Source: Oceanispirochaeta sp. (GTDB taxonomy: Bacteria > Spirochaetota > Spirochaetia > DSM-2461). Taken from it: a stretch of 64,000 nt of DNA. The position numbers and the translations under genes were made by a program. Below are positions 10,318-21,504 of this stretch, in pieces; the stretch's first letter is position 1; every line of letters starts with the position of its first letter. The notes under the pieces were generated by a model. That model was not told the DNA's origin. It saw only the letters and a program-made list of their open reading frames with translations, and did not search any database. The stretch is taken from NCBI GenBank assembly GCA_963666275.2, contig CAXXOA010000001.1, forward strand, positions 2,272,001 to 2,336,000, given 5' to 3'.

Positions 10318-11625
10318 TTGAAGCCATATTTTTTCATTTTCACACTACTCGTTTTTCTCCTTTACTCCTGTACCTCCACGGGAAGCGGAAATCTGAAGGA
10401 ATTTCCCGATGATCCCATGGGAACGGGAAAATCTTCATCCGCCGGGATGACTGAAAAACAGAAAGCTGCTCTGGAAGAGGAAAAACTGAGGCTGAGAGCT
10501 CTCAGCATAATCTCGGATATGACGCTGGATGAGAAAATCGGCCAGCTTTTTATTCTGGCCATGCGTCATACCTCCAATGGAAAACCGGCCCTTCAGATGG
10601 ATGACTACCTTGCCTCCTATATCCGCCGATACTCCCCGGGAGGCATCATCCTTTTCTCCATCAATTTCGCGACTCCCGAGCAGACCAGGCAGCTTATCCT
10701 CGATCTGCAGAATACAAGCCCCTACCCGCTGTTTGTTACAACCGACGAAGAGGGAGGCAGAGTCTCCCGTCTGGGCAAACAGGAGAATATGAATGTCATA
10801 TCCCTTCCTCCCGCAGCTGATCTGGCGGCAATGGGCGATCCTGCACTGGTGGAGGAAGCCTCTTCCGTCCTGGCGGCAGATCTGAGAGATCTGGGATTCA
10901 ATATGAACATGGCCCCCGTAGCGGATATCACACGGAACATCCCTCCGGATATCATCGGAACCAGATCTTTCGGCAGGGATCCCGAACAGACCGGGACCTT
11001 TGTGGCTTCGGCTGTGGCAGGGTTTCAGAAAAATCATATAGCCAGCGTTCTCAAGCATTTTCCGGGCCATGGCTTTGTCAACGGAGATACCCATACGGGG
11101 ATGGTCAAAGCCAGAGGAGATAAAAACGAGTTTGAAACTGTGGATTTCATTCCTTTTATAAAAGGCATCGAAGCGGGTACGGACTGCATCATGACAGCCC
11201 ATATCCAGGCGCCTGCCCTGACCGGGAACGACGAACCCGCGTCACTTTCCCGGGAGATCCAGACAGGAGTCCTGAGACAGCAGCTGGGATTCAGGGGAAT
11301 CATCCTCACCGACGCCATGGATATGGGAGCCATTTCCCGCTACTGGACTCCCGGAGAAGCGGCTCTGAAAGCCTTTCTGGCCGGATCAGACATCATTTTA
11401 ATGCCTGCCAGCATACCAGAAGCCCGGGAATCTCTGAAAAAGGCCTATCTTGAGGGAGTCATCAGCAATGAACGGCTCAATGATTCCCTGATCCGTATTA
11501 TTACAGCCAAAATACGCCGGGGCCTCTTTGAGGAATCCCCTGTCTATATTGAAAGGATTTCCTCAGAAACCAAAGATAGAAATCATGAGCTCCTTTTAAA
11601 AAACCTTAATTTGACGCCAAAATAA
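10318..11625 (+). CDS. GH3 beta-N-acetylhexosaminidase (NagZ-like) lipoprotein
   Basis: Lipobox LLYSC; DEEGGRVSR, KHFPGHG..DTH, MTAH, TDAMDM; start taken as TTG 10318. Confidence 0.88.
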   Translation: MKPYFFIFTLLVFLLYSCTSTGSGNLKEFPDDPMGTGKSSSAGMTEKQKAALEEEKLRLRALSIISDMTLDEKIGQLFILAMRHTSNGKPALQMDDYLASYIRRYSPGGIILFSINFATPEQTRQLILDLQNTSPYPLFVTTDEEGGRVSRLGKQENMNVISLPPAADLAAMGDPALVEEASSVLAADLRDLGFNMNMAPVADITRNIPPDIIGTRSFGRDPEQTGTFVASAVAGFQKNHIASVLKHFPGHGFVNGDTHTGMVKARGDKNEFETVDFIPFIKGIEAGTDCIMTAHIQAPALTGNDEPASLSREIQTGVLRQQLGFRGIILTDAMDMGAISRYWTPGEAALKAFLAGSDIILMPASIPEARESLKKAYLEGVISNERLNDSLIRIITAKIRRGLFEESPVYIERISSETKDRNHELLLKNLNLTPK

Positions 11626-11757
11626 GCAAATCCGATACACTTCTTATATTTAAACCTCAAAATTAACGGCTAAAACCATCAAAATAGATTTATTTTCTTA
11701 TTGACCCCTGAAATAATATTAACTAATATGAATGAATCTATATGTCATGGAGGCATT

Positions 11758-13473
11758 ATGAACAAAAAACAATGTACTGCCGCCGAAAAAATGATTGAGA
11801 TCCTGCAGCAGCAGGGAGTGGAATACATTTTCGGACTCCCCGGTGGGAACGCCATTCCCATTTACGATGCCCTGGCTCAATCATCTATGAAACTTGTTTT
11901 AACCAGGCACGAACAGGGAGCCACACATATGGCTGACGGATATGCCAGAACCACGGGAAAACCCGGAGTTGTTCTTGTCACTTCCGGCCCGGGAGCAACA
12001 AATACTCTGACGGGAATTATGACAGCCATGATGGATTCAGTTCCCATGATTGTTATCTGCGGGCAGCAGCTGACAACGAACCTCGGCCTTGATACATTCC
12101 AGGAAGCCGATGTTTCCGGTATGTCCTATCCGATTGTCAAACACTCTTTCCTTGTGAAAAATCCCGAGGAGCTTCCGTCAATCATCAACCAGGCTTTTCA
12201 CATATCCAGCACCGGACGTCCCGGTCCTGTGATTGTTGATATACCCAAGGATATCTCCAGTGCGATGATTTCAAGGGATACAAGCGGAGAGTTTTCCCTT
12301 CCCGGTTACAATCCCTACAAAGAGATCGACCAGGAGAGCATCAAGACCGCCGCAGCTATGATTTCCGAGGCACAGAGACCTATTCTCCTTGTCGGCCATG
12401 GCGCTGTCATATCCGGTGCCTTCAAAGAGGTACAGTCTCTTGTGGAGAAGATGCAGATCCCTGTGACCAACACCATGCTGGGCAAGGGCTGTTTTCCCGA
12501 AAGCCATGAACTGAACCTGGGGATGCCGGGAATGCATGGAACAGCCTATGCAAACAAAGCTCTGTGCGAAACAGACCTGATTATATCCGTCGGAGCCCGA
12601 TGGGATGACAGAATTGCGGGAAATCCCGAACTCTTCTGCCCCCAGGCAAAGAAAATCCATATCGATATTGATCCTGTGGAGATAAACAAAACCGTACAGG
12701 TTGACTGCTCTATCGTGGGCGATGCCAGAGCGGTGCTGGACTCCCTCTACGGTTATGTGGAGAAAGGCAATACCCAGCGATGGATCAAACAGATTAAGCG
12801 TCTGAAAAGAGAATTCCCCCTGAAATACAAAAAAGAGGGAAAACTCAGGGCTCAGCATGTGATCGAAGAGATGTACAAACTCACCGGAGGAGAGGCGATC
12901 GTCACCACCGATGTGGGTCAGCATCAGATGTGGGCCGCCCAGTTCTTCAAAACTGAAAAAAGCCGGTACTGGGTTTCTTCAGGAGGCGCCGGTACCATGG
13001 GATTCGGATTTCCCGCGGCGATCGGAGCCCAGCTGGCTCACCCTGATAAAGTAGTGGTCGCCGTTGTGGGAGACGGGGGATTCCAGATGACTCTCCCCGA
13101 ACTTTCAACTGCAGTGAACGAGAAACTGCCGATTAAAATCCTTGTAATCAACAACAATTACCTGGGAATGGTCCGGCAGTGGCAGCATATGTTCTATGAG
13201 AACCGCCTTTCCGGCGTTGACCTGGAGGGAAATCCCGACTTTGTCAAACTGGCATCAGCCTACGGCATGAAAGGGTTCCGTGTAAAACGGAGCGCCGATG
13301 TGAGAAAGGTCCTCAATGCGGCACTGGCCTACAATGACGGTCCCTGCATCATCGATGCGGAAGTGGAACAGCACGACAATGTATTCCCCATGGTTCCCTC
13401 GGGAGCCACACTGGATAAAATGCTTCTAACCATGCCCAGGAAAAAGCTGGATAAACCTACGGGAGGAACCTGA
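11758..13473 (+). CDS. ilvB: Acetolactate synthase large subunit (copy 1)
   Basis: [28 protein letters not shown], ThDP motif GDGGFQM...NN; RBS GGAGG. Confidence 0.95.
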   Translation: MNKKQCTAAEKMIEILQQQGVEYIFGLPGGNAIPIYDALAQSSMKLVLTRHEQGATHMADGYARTTGKPGVVLVTSGPGATNTLTGIMTAMMDSVPMIVICGQQLTTNLGLDTFQEADVSGMSYPIVKHSFLVKNPEELPSIINQAFHISSTGRPGPVIVDIPKDISSAMISRDTSGEFSLPGYNPYKEIDQESIKTAAAMISEAQRPILLVGHGAVISGAFKEVQSLVEKMQIPVTNTMLGKGCFPESHELNLGMPGMHGTAYANKALCETDLIISVGARWDDRIAGNPELFCPQAKKIHIDIDPVEINKTVQVDCSIVGDARAVLDSLYGYVEKGNTQRWIKQIKRLKREFPLKYKKEGKLRAQHVIEEMYKLTGGEAIVTTDVGQHQMWAAQFFKTEKSRYWVSSGGAGTMGFGFPAAIGAQLAHPDKVVVAVVGDGGFQMTLPELSTAVNEKLPIKILVINNNYLGMVRQWQHMFYENRLSGVDLEGNPDFVKLASAYGMKGFRVKRSADVRKVLNAALAYNDGPCIIDAEVEQHDNVFPMVPSGATLDKMLLTMPRKKLDKPTGGT

Positions 13474-13979
13474 TGAGTCAAGTACAGGGAAAGCATAATA
13501 TCAGTCTATACGTAGAGAATAAACCTGGCGTGACAATCCGGATTGCCCTTGTTTTCGCCAGAAGAGGTTACAACATCGAGAGCTTCGTAGGCTCTCCCTC
13601 ACAGGATCCCCGCTATTCCAGGATCAACATCGAGGCAACCGGGGATTCCCGGACCCTACATCTGATGCTGGAGCAGCTGAACCGCCTGGTGGACGTCATT
13701 CATGCCAGAGAGTACTCGGATGAAGATGTGATCCAGAAGGAACTTGCCCTGATCAAGGTCCATTGTGCCAGCGAATCCCGGACGGAGATACTGCAGATTG
13801 CGGACGCATTCAAATGCCGCAGTGTGGATATAAGCGATACCACCATGACATTTCAGGTCACCGGCAGTTCCTCAAAAATTGATGCAGTAAGAAAGATGCT
13901 CGATAAATTCGGCATTCTGGAAGTGGTGAGAACCGGAAAAGTTCTGATTGCCAGGGGAGAAGAAGAGACTTCCTGGTAG
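13473..13979 (+). CDS. ilvN: Acetolactate synthase small subunit (copy 1)
   Basis: ENKPGV..RI...F.RRGYNIES ACT domain; TGATG coupling to ilvB. Confidence 0.95.
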   Translation: MSQVQGKHNISLYVENKPGVTIRIALVFARRGYNIESFVGSPSQDPRYSRINIEATGDSRTLHLMLEQLNRLVDVIHAREYSDEDVIQKELALIKVHCASESRTEILQIADAFKCRSVDISDTTMTFQVTGSSSKIDAVRKMLDKFGILEVVRTGKVLIARGEEETSW

Positions 13980-14036
13980 TCGGATCCCACCGGCTTACAT
14001 ATAATTAGATTAGTTTAACGGTTTCTATCTCAAATT

Positions 14037-14080
14037 GGAGCTGCTTTTCAGATTCAGGCCTGAAATGCAGCTCCTTTTTT
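14037..14080 (+). terminator. Intrinsic terminator after ilvN
   Basis: GGAGCTGC...GCAGCTCC stem followed by TTTTTT. Confidence 0.8.
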
Positions 14081-14148
14081 ACTTCATACCTAAAGAGAAT
14101 ACGCCGAGAATTTGAAAGTCAGACTGTTTTAGGAGGCACTGTAGAACT

Positions 14149-15174
14149 ATGAAAAAATTGACAACCCTTATGCTGTTGTTTGCCATACCCTTTCTTATCT
14201 TTACTCAGGAAGAGGAAGGGCAGTTAAGCGGCAGCTTTACAATTTACGACAGCCAGAGCTATCAGCCAGTGTATATAAACAGCGACGGCGGCTGGACCGA
14301 TATAGGGCAGGTCTACTCCCAGGAGATTAAAAACCTGCTCCCCCCGGCTCCGGGAACCCTGAGAAAATGGCGGCTTAAAACAACCTACATAGATGAATCC
14401 ACACAGGGACAGAGCACCCTCCAGATAAAACTGCGCCAGTCCAGCGACAGGAGTCCGGTCTTTACCCTGCCCTGGACCGAACAGGGATCCCGATGGCAGG
14501 AAAAGAACAGCAACTGGTATATTCCCTATACCAAAAACGGCTCGCTCATCGACAACAACGCCACCCTTTCGGTAAGACTCATAGCACCTCCCCGTTCTTC
14601 AAGCCCCGGCAAGGTTTACAGAATTGAACTGGAAGCCTGGGACTTTACAGACGACGGGGCGGAGGAAGCCGGAGGATCTCCGGAACTGAGGATGGCATTT
14701 TCCTCTCCCACAGCCCTGATGAGCCCGGATCCGATGAGGACAAGAGAGTCCAGGGAAACCTCAGAAAACGACAGAGAACAGGCCCTGGCTTTTTCACTTG
14801 AATTTGTAAGATACAATATTGAAGGCAATCTGCCGGGATTCTATAAATCCCTGGATGACCAGATTCATATTCTCAATACGGGACTGAGTCAGTCCCGCTA
14901 CAGAGTGGCTCCTCCGGCTTCGGATCTGAGCAGCTATTCCCTGGGAGATTACAAGAACAGCTACCGCTATCATCTGTACAGCTATGATGACTATGCGGCT
15001 CTCTTCCCCGAATGGGTTGATCCGGAGAAAAACTGGACTCCCGACAGGAACTGCTATCTCTTTCTGGGAACCGAAGTGAAATTCGGCCGGGAAGACTTTA
15101 TGAATGGTCAGAACCTTGTATTCATGGTGGAGTTCATCGACGGGGAATGGAAGATCACAGGGATTCCGGAGTAG
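14149..15174 (+). CDS. Hypothetical exported protein
   Basis: Signal peptide MKKLTTLMLLFAIPFLIFT; RBS AGGAGG; no family recognised. Confidence 0.75.
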   Translation: MKKLTTLMLLFAIPFLIFTQEEEGQLSGSFTIYDSQSYQPVYINSDGGWTDIGQVYSQEIKNLLPPAPGTLRKWRLKTTYIDESTQGQSTLQIKLRQSSDRSPVFTLPWTEQGSRWQEKNSNWYIPYTKNGSLIDNNATLSVRLIAPPRSSSPGKVYRIELEAWDFTDDGAEEAGGSPELRMAFSSPTALMSPDPMRTRESRETSENDREQALAFSLEFVRYNIEGNLPGFYKSLDDQIHILNTGLSQSRYRVAPPASDLSSYSLGDYKNSYRYHLYSYDDYAALFPEWVDPEKNWTPDRNCYLFLGTEVKFGREDFMNGQNLVFMVEFIDGEWKITGIPE

Positions 15175-16066
15175 CCGGTTCCGATTCACAGACTTCCGGT
15201 TCGGGCCAGAAACGGGAGGGATCTTCCGGTCTTTCCAGGGAGATCCGTCCCAGTATACCTGCTCTGAGCTCTTTCAGAACAAGCCGGGAGGATCGTTCAT
15301 AATCCACAGCGCCCCCGCTGATAAGCAGGCCCCTGTTCCTACCGATCAGATTGATCAGTTCATCGGGTTTGCAGCTCATCCCCCGGGTATCCTCAACGGA
15401 CAGTTTATACCTCCTGGCGATAAGCTCAGGGTACTGTTCCTTCAGATAGCCCAGCAGGGCAAAAGCGATATCATCCAGGTGGAGTATGGCATCTTTGATG
15501 GAGCCCAGAGCCGCCAGTTTCATCCCTACCACCTGATCATCAAATTTATGCCACAATAATCCGGGTGTATCAAATATCTGGAGTTCCCTGCTAACGGGAA
15601 CCCTCTGCATATCCTTGGTCACACCGGGCTGATTGGCCGCCTGCGCCTTCTTCCTTCCCGCCAGAGTATTGATGACTGTGGATTTCCCCACATTCGGAAT
15701 TCCCACAATCATGGCTTTCACAGGCCTGCGGTTGATCCATTTTTTTTCACGGCAGAGCTTGCGGCACTCACCGGGTACGGATTTCAGACTTTTCTGGCTC
15801 GTCGAGTTCACAGACAGGGCACTCACATCGCTGCGGGACATGAAATACCGGACCCATTCGTCGGTAACCGCGGGATCGGCCAGATCCGATTTGTTCAGAA
15901 GGACCAGCCTCGGCTTTCCTTCTGTGAGCTCATCAAGAAGAGGATTCCGGCTGGCAAGGGGAGCTCGGGCATCTAGAATTTCTATAACCATATCCACCTT
16001 TTTCAGGTTATCCCTGATAATCTTCTTGGTCTTGGTCATATGACCGGGAAACCATTGAATGGCCAT
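15155..16066 (-). CDS. rbgA: Ribosome biogenesis GTPase RbgA/YlqF
   Basis: IQWFPGHM, NKSDL, GIPNVGKS, DTPG in circularly permuted order. Confidence 0.95.
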   Translation of the reverse strand: MAIQWFPGHMTKTKKIIRDNLKKVDMVIEILDARAPLASRNPLLDELTEGKPRLVLLNKSDLADPAVTDEWVRYFMSRSDVSALSVNSTSQKSLKSVPGECRKLCREKKWINRRPVKAMIVGIPNVGKSTVINTLAGRKKAQAANQPGVTKDMQRVPVSRELQIFDTPGLLWHKFDDQVVGMKLAALGSIKDAILHLDDIAFALLGYLKEQYPELIARRYKLSVEDTRGMSCKPDELINLIGRNRGLLISGGAVDYERSSRLVLKELRAGILGRISLERPEDPSRFWPEPEVCESEPATPESL

Positions 16067-16210
16067 GTATTCCTCTCCTGGAGCCAATCCTCTTTCTTTC
16101 TGTCCCCAATCCCCTGCCCTTGTTCTTTCTGGAACGCAGTCCTTTCCGGAAGGCAGGAATGAATGATAACGGGGAAAAAAGTCGGGATATGGTGAAAATA
16201 TTTGAAATCA

Positions 16211-17203
16211 ATGATAAACTATGCGGTATATTTTGACTATCGGGAGCAGCTTATCTTTTCGGAAAAACTCATCAGACTGATTAATGAAGAAGAGGGACGG
16301 GTATTTATCCAGACCCACAACTTTCCTGATCCTGATGCGGTATGCTCCGCTTTCGGCCTGAAGGAACTTCTCGAACAGAAAGGCATTCATACCGAAATTC
16401 TCTACGACGGAGAACTTCAGAGGGACTCGCTGATCCGGATGATTGCCGCCCTTGAAATCCCCCTCTATCACTGGAAACAGTACACTCTCACCGAAACAGA
16501 CAGAATCATCATAGTGGACGGCTGCAAGGGAAACTCCAATGTGGAAGATCTCACAGGAAATGAAATTGCCGTCATCGATCATCACAAAAGCAAAACCACC
16601 GAAGATGTCATACTGGCGGATATCCGGCCCGAATACGGCTCCTGTTCCACCATCATCAGCGAATACTACAGAGAACAGGAGATTGAACCCTCCCGTTCTG
16701 CAGCCTCAGCCCTGCTTATCGGCCTGGCCCGGGACACGGATCTGTACACCCGGGGTATGACTGAAATGGATCTGGATGCTTTTAAGCATCTTTTCAGATA
16801 CGCAGACAGAACCATCGTCAATGATATCCTGAGAAATAATATTCAGCTATCTGATCTGAAGTATTTCCGGTCTGTCATCGAAGAGATCCGCTATTACAAG
16901 GGGATTGCTTTCTGCTATCTGCCCGAAGGCTGTGCCCAGAATCTACTGGGCATACTGGGAGACTTTATCCTGTCTGTGAATGAAGTTCATTTTGTCTGTC
17001 TGTTTGCCCGCAACAACAATGATATAAACATATCCTTCCGGAACAATTCGCCCGATCTCCACGCTTCGGCTATCCTGAAAACCTTCCTGAACGGCAAGGG
17101 CCGTGGAGGGGGGCATAAAGAGATGGCGGGCGGCCAGATCCTGAACGTAATTGATCCCGACCCGGACGGCTGGTACAAAGAGCTGATGGCCCTTCTCAGC
17201 TGA
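16211..17203 (+). CDS. DHH/DHHA1 phosphoesterase (NrnA-like)
   Basis: THNFPDPDA, IIVDG, IDHH, GGGH; exact start uncertain. Confidence 0.87.
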   Translation: MINYAVYFDYREQLIFSEKLIRLINEEEGRVFIQTHNFPDPDAVCSAFGLKELLEQKGIHTEILYDGELQRDSLIRMIAALEIPLYHWKQYTLTETDRIIIVDGCKGNSNVEDLTGNEIAVIDHHKSKTTEDVILADIRPEYGSCSTIISEYYREQEIEPSRSAASALLIGLARDTDLYTRGMTEMDLDAFKHLFRYADRTIVNDILRNNIQLSDLKYFRSVIEEIRYYKGIAFCYLPEGCAQNLLGILGDFILSVNEVHFVCLFARNNNDINISFRNNSPDLHASAILKTFLNGKGRGGGHKEMAGGQILNVIDPDPDGWYKELMALLS

Positions 17204-19160
17204 TCCGGCATCCCTGGATCCTCTGTCTGAGAGAATCCGCCGTATCCTGCGCCGTCTTATCTTTCACGGTCAAACCGCTTTCCAGCAGATCAAGACAGTC
17301 ATAGTAGAGATCCCAGCCCTCTTTCTCCCGGATCCAGTCTGATTTGACAGTCCCGGGAGTTTCCAGAGCATCCACAAAAGGTCGTAAACGGCCCTCCGCC
17401 AGGTCAAGGAGAGCCCGGCTGTTCTCTTCTTCGCTGAGAACTTTCAGCACCAGCCGGAGAAATATCATAGTCAGGGGGCAGGAGGATATAAAACAGCCGG
17501 TGAAGGGATCCAGTTCCTCTTTCACCGCTGTGATTCCCCCCGGGAGAAACCGGGCGTAATAACTGAAGTAGAGCTGCCTGAGAAGGTCTCCTACCCAGGT
17601 CCCCAGCTTTGCCGCGGCGATGGCATCTCCCGCGAAAGCCTCTTTATCATGCCGCATGATCAGCCCCGCCTCATGCACATAACGCATATAGGGTTCGTTC
17701 TCCCGGTTTCCACTCTGCCCCAGGAGAACCGAGAGGATATATCCCTGATCTTCCGCCCGTCCTATAAAAGCGGGTGTAAAGGGCCTGTATGTCCTGAGAG
17801 TATCGCAGAGGATTCCGTTGGTACCCCCTGTAACATGCACCCTGCTGAGGCAGCTTGTGATTCCGTCGGGATGATCCGGATAATCGGGGTCACCGTACCG
17901 GGTCATCATTTCACCTCTGGTGGAAGCGGCCATAACCTTCTGCTTGTCAAATACTCTTGTTTCACCTGTCCGGACAGTCCCCTCTTCCGGAAATGGAACA
18001 TCCGGTGTAAAAATACCCTGAGATATATCCTTTTCGTTGACCAGAGCCCCTGCAATCATTCCCAGGGATACAGATCTTCCCAGGGAATCCACACCCGTGG
18101 CACCCCATAGGGGAGTACTCAGATGCTGAAAGGCTGTTTTCCCGGTCTGCTCTTCCAGTTCTTTCTGGGGAAAGACCTGATCAAGATCAATTTTGAAAGT
18201 TCCCTTCACCCTGCCATCCACTGCCAGAGCCCAGAGAGGCGCAATGGCTTTGAGAAAGCTGTAATGCCTTCCATACCGACCGTCCACACCGAACACCCGG
18301 CCTATGGAGTCAGCAGTGCCGGGAATATCCGAAAGGGCCGACAGGCGTTCCACCAGAAAGGACGTATCTTCCTCTGTAAAAAGATAAACATCCAGTCCTT
18401 CGGGGGTGCCGGCTTTCTTGAGTTCCCCGGACAGGTATTCATGCGCCAGATCTTTCAGGCCCTCATGGGTTACAGAAAGGGAGAGAACCACGGTCATCCT
18501 GGCATCTTCGGGAGCATTCCCCCTGGATTTTTCGTATTTCAGGGCTTCGGACAGCCCCTTGAGACCGTAGATCATCTCATTGGCTTCCGTATCCACCCCC
18601 ATAAGAATGGGATGGTCAAACCAGTATTTCTGGCTCTCTGAAGCGACCTTCCCTGCCCGTTCCCTCAGGGAGGGTTCCAGTTTTTCATAGTTTTTCTCCG
18701 GCGGAACGGTTAAAAGCACATTGGAGGTAAAAATAATTTCTTCCGCGGGATTTCTGACAGGTTCCGGATTCAGGGCGGTGATTTGAACTGTCCGTTTTTT
18801 CCGGACCGCTTCAATCTGCTCCTCTCGCCCGCCGCCCGCAAAAAGGGTCTCCGGAAAGAGCAGCTCCAGAAGAGCCTGTTCCTTCTCAGAGGATCCGGAA
18901 TCTTTATGGACCGCCGGAAGTTCTTGAGCTCTCCTGAGGAGTGCAGGATCCAGGAGCTTCATATCCTCCCACTCTTTTATAATCAGCCCGGCGGCTTTTG
19001 CCAGGAACGATTCATCTCCGGAATCCTCCCCGAGAAGAGAGTTCAGAAAAATCCTTATGTCCTCATCCGCAGAAGAGTTCCTCTCAGGATTCTTCCGGAA
19101 GTCCCGCAACTCCGGAAGGGCATCAATGACAAAACTCCAGAACTGTTTCTGATTTTCCAT
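17196..19160 (-). CDS. Hypothetical 654-aa protein, possible GT-A-fold enzyme
   Basis: Long ORF with RBS AAGGAG; KIDLDQVFP (DxD), HVTGGTNG, GRAEDQ. Confidence 0.75.
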   Translation of the reverse strand: MENQKQFWSFVIDALPELRDFRKNPERNSSADEDIRIFLNSLLGEDSGDESFLAKAAGLIIKEWEDMKLLDPALLRRAQELPAVHKDSGSSEKEQALLELLFPETLFAGGGREEQIEAVRKKRTVQITALNPEPVRNPAEEIIFTSNVLLTVPPEKNYEKLEPSLRERAGKVASESQKYWFDHPILMGVDTEANEMIYGLKGLSEALKYEKSRGNAPEDARMTVVLSLSVTHEGLKDLAHEYLSGELKKAGTPEGLDVYLFTEEDTSFLVERLSALSDIPGTADSIGRVFGVDGRYGRHYSFLKAIAPLWALAVDGRVKGTFKIDLDQVFPQKELEEQTGKTAFQHLSTPLWGATGVDSLGRSVSLGMIAGALVNEKDISQGIFTPDVPFPEEGTVRTGETRVFDKQKVMAASTRGEMMTRYGDPDYPDHPDGITSCLSRVHVTGGTNGILCDTLRTYRPFTPAFIGRAEDQGYILSVLLGQSGNRENEPYMRYVHEAGLIMRHDKEAFAGDAIAAAKLGTWVGDLLRQLYFSYYARFLPGGITAVKEELDPFTGCFISSCPLTMIFLRLVLKVLSEEENSRALLDLAEGRLRPFVDALETPGTVKSDWIREKEGWDLYYDCLDLLESGLTVKDKTAQDTADSLRQRIQGCRIS

Positions 19161-19197
19161 GAAGGGCTCCTTACTGTTTACTGCACTCTGTTATGTT

Positions 19198-19998
19198 TTA
19201 AATACCGTCGGTAAGCTTTGAATGGGAGAGAGAATCATTCCGGGGGCACACAGAATAGGGAATATGTCCCTGATAGATCCTTTCCACTTCTTCTCTTACC
19301 TTTTCCACTGTATTATTTTTTTCTGATAAATGACAGAGAAATATTTTTCTCAGAGACGGATTCTCCCGGGACGCAAGCCGGGACATGAAGGCGGCGGCAT
19401 CCAGATTGGACAGATGGCCTTGATCGGAAAGGATCCGTTTCTTGAGGAACTGCGGATAGGGGCCCCTGTGCAGAAGATCGGGAGAGTAATTGGACTCCAG
19501 AAAAAGATAGTCCGAAGCGGCGGCGAGCTCCTCCATTTCGGGAGTAAGGCAGCCTGTATCGGTTATGAGGGTAAAGACTGTAGAATCCAGTTTAAAATGG
19601 AACCCCAGAGAACAGGGCGCATCATGAGACGTCTCGAAGGCCCGGAATGTGAGCTTTCCGAATGAATAGTCCCTGCCGGGAGCAATATCCAGACGGTGTA
19701 TGGCCCCTTTTTTCAGATAGTTCTCCACAGGCATGCTTTCATGGGTGACCACAGGCAGCTCCAGGGTTCTGCTGAGCTGCTCCACCCCTTTGAAATGATC
19801 ACTGTGCAGATGGGTCAGAAAGAGGAAAGCCAGTTTTTCCTCCTGAAAACCGATCCTTTTCATACGCCTGCGGAATTCTGTCAGTGAGTATCCGTTATCT
19901 ATGAGGATGGAGAAATCGCCGTATTCAAAGACAAATCCGTTGGCAGCGGATCCGCTTCCCAGAACTCCGAAACGAAGGGAGGATTCAGTTGTCCGCAA
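19198..19998 (-). CDS. MBL-fold metallo-hydrolase (YycJ/PhnP-like)
   Basis: LGSGS..N, THLHSDH, SHDA, TDTG, ESNY, GHLSN, HLS. Confidence 0.9.
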   Translation of the reverse strand: MRTTESSLRFGVLGSGSAANGFVFEYGDFSILIDNGYSLTEFRRRMKRIGFQEEKLAFLFLTHLHSDHFKGVEQLSRTLELPVVTHESMPVENYLKKGAIHRLDIAPGRDYSFGKLTFRAFETSHDAPCSLGFHFKLDSTVFTLITDTGCLTPEMEELAAASDYLFLESNYSPDLLHRGPYPQFLKKRILSDQGHLSNLDAAAFMSRLASRENPSLRKIFLCHLSEKNNTVEKVREEVERIYQGHIPYSVCPRNDSLSHSKLTDGI

Positions 19999-20323
19999 GC
20001 CACTGTTTCCAGATTTCCGGAGTATAACCGACAGTCACCTCTTTATCGCAGCGCACCACAGGGGTTCTGACAAGTTCGGGAAACTCCAACAGTTCCTCAT
20101 GGGGATCAAACTCAAGGTAGGCGAATTTTTTCTTATACAGGGGAGCTTCTTTATTTACGATCTCCTCTTCTGAAACTTTGCTGAGGATATTATTGAGTTC
20201 ACCCCTGCTCAGTCCTTTCTCTTTCAGGTCCAGTGTGTGGAATTTGATTCCTCTGTCCTGAAAAAAACGGTGAGCCTTCCGGGTTTCCTTGCATTTCTTT
20301 GTACCGATTATCTGAATATTCAT
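19985..20323 (-). CDS. ArsC/Spx/MgsR-family thioredoxin-fold protein
   Basis: MNIQIIGTKKCKETRKA.RFF..RGI...LVRTPVVR. Confidence 0.85.
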   Translation of the reverse strand: MNIQIIGTKKCKETRKAHRFFQDRGIKFHTLDLKEKGLSRGELNNILSKVSEEEIVNKEAPLYKKKFAYLEFDPHEELLEFPELVRTPVVRCDKEVTVGYTPEIWKQWLADN

Positions 20324-20433
20324 ACAAAAGGGTCCTTCATACGATTTTAAGGGAATTATGGGTAAATACGTCAGTTTTGTAAATCCGGAAGATCCTACTT
20401 TACCCATCAATAAGGCTTCTCTATAATATCTTT

Positions 20434-21504
20434 ATGTTTTATCCCCGCAGAGCCGGAAGAATACTTCCTATCATCTATCTTTTAACCCTGACATTCCTGC
20501 TGCATGCTGAAGAGCCCTCTGCAGACTACACCCCCCGGAAAGCTACCTATCTTCCCGAATACAGAATCCATCAGCTCTTTCCCCGGGATATAACAGAAAG
20601 CGTGCCCTGGTACGACATGAATCCTTTTCCTGAATTTGACAATCCCTATTACAATAAAAAAAGGATCCTCCCTGCAGAGTATCGTCAGTCCCGGGGAGAA
20701 ATCCTTCTGGGGAATTTCAGCGAAGTCCTCTATTTTACCATTGGCTTCTCCGGGGACGAACCACTTGATATAGATGAGCAGGACCGGAACAATCTGAACT
20801 ACCTTTCCAGGATAAGCCGCCTCTACGATACGGATATTTCCCTCTGTTTTGCAGGCTCCTCCCGGGAAATCCTTCCCCGGGTCAGCGATCCGGAGAAAAG
20901 GATCGAAACAGTGGAGGCAATACAGGATATCCTGATGGAGTATAACCTGTCAGGTATGGATCTGGACTGGGAATTTCCCCGGAATGATCAGGAAAAGGAA
21001 CTGCATCTTGCCTTTCTGAAGGAACTGAGGCTTATGACCAGGGCTACGGGAAAAAGCCTGAGCATGGCGGTCAGCCGTTACAGACTGCTTCCTGACGAAT
21101 CCTATGAGATCCCCGACAGAATTAATCTTATGACCTATGATTTCTACGGCCGGCATTCCACATGGGAAGGCACTCTGGAAGCCGTGGAATATATGATGGC
21201 CCGGTACAGGATTCCGCCTGAGAAGCTCTTTATGGGGCTCCCTTTCTACGGACGGATTTTTGACGGATACTCGCCGGACTACTGGAAAAAGAGCCAGAGC
21301 TATCAGGAAATTGTCAGGGATTTTTCACCCGCCCCCGATGTGGATGAGGCAGGGGGTTACTTTTTTAACGGTCCCGCCACCGTTCTGAGGAAACTCTCCA
21401 TTGTATCGGAGCATACCCTGGGTGGGATCTTTATCTGGGAAATCGGACAGGATATCCTCAATAAGGCATCCCTGAGCCGGCTGATACTGGATTATTCTGG
21501 GTAG
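20434..21504 (+). CDS. Secreted GH18 glycoside hydrolase (chitinase-like)
   Basis: Signal peptide; DLDWE catalytic motif, LMTYD, GLPFYGR, GIFIWE. Confidence 0.88.
   Translation: MFYPRRAGRILPIIYLLTLTFLLHAEEPSADYTPRKATYLPEYRIHQLFPRDITESVPWYDMNPFPEFDNPYYNKKRILPAEYRQSRGEILLGNFSEVLYFTIGFSGDEPLDIDEQDRNNLNYLSRISRLYDTDISLCFAGSSREILPRVSDPEKRIETVEAIQDILMEYNLSGMDLDWEFPRNDQEKELHLAFLKELRLMTRATGKSLSMAVSRYRLLPDESYEIPDRINLMTYDFYGRHSTWEGTLEAVEYMMARYRIPPEKLFMGLPFYGRIFDGYSPDYWKKSQSYQEIVRDFSPAPDVDEAGGYFFNGPATVLRKLSIVSEHTLGGIFIWEIGQDILNKASLSRLILDYSG

Noticed and set aside
11626..11757. Attenuator, T-box or riboswitch upstream of either ilvB
   Set aside because: Short AT-rich leaders with no leader peptide or terminator/antiterminator visible
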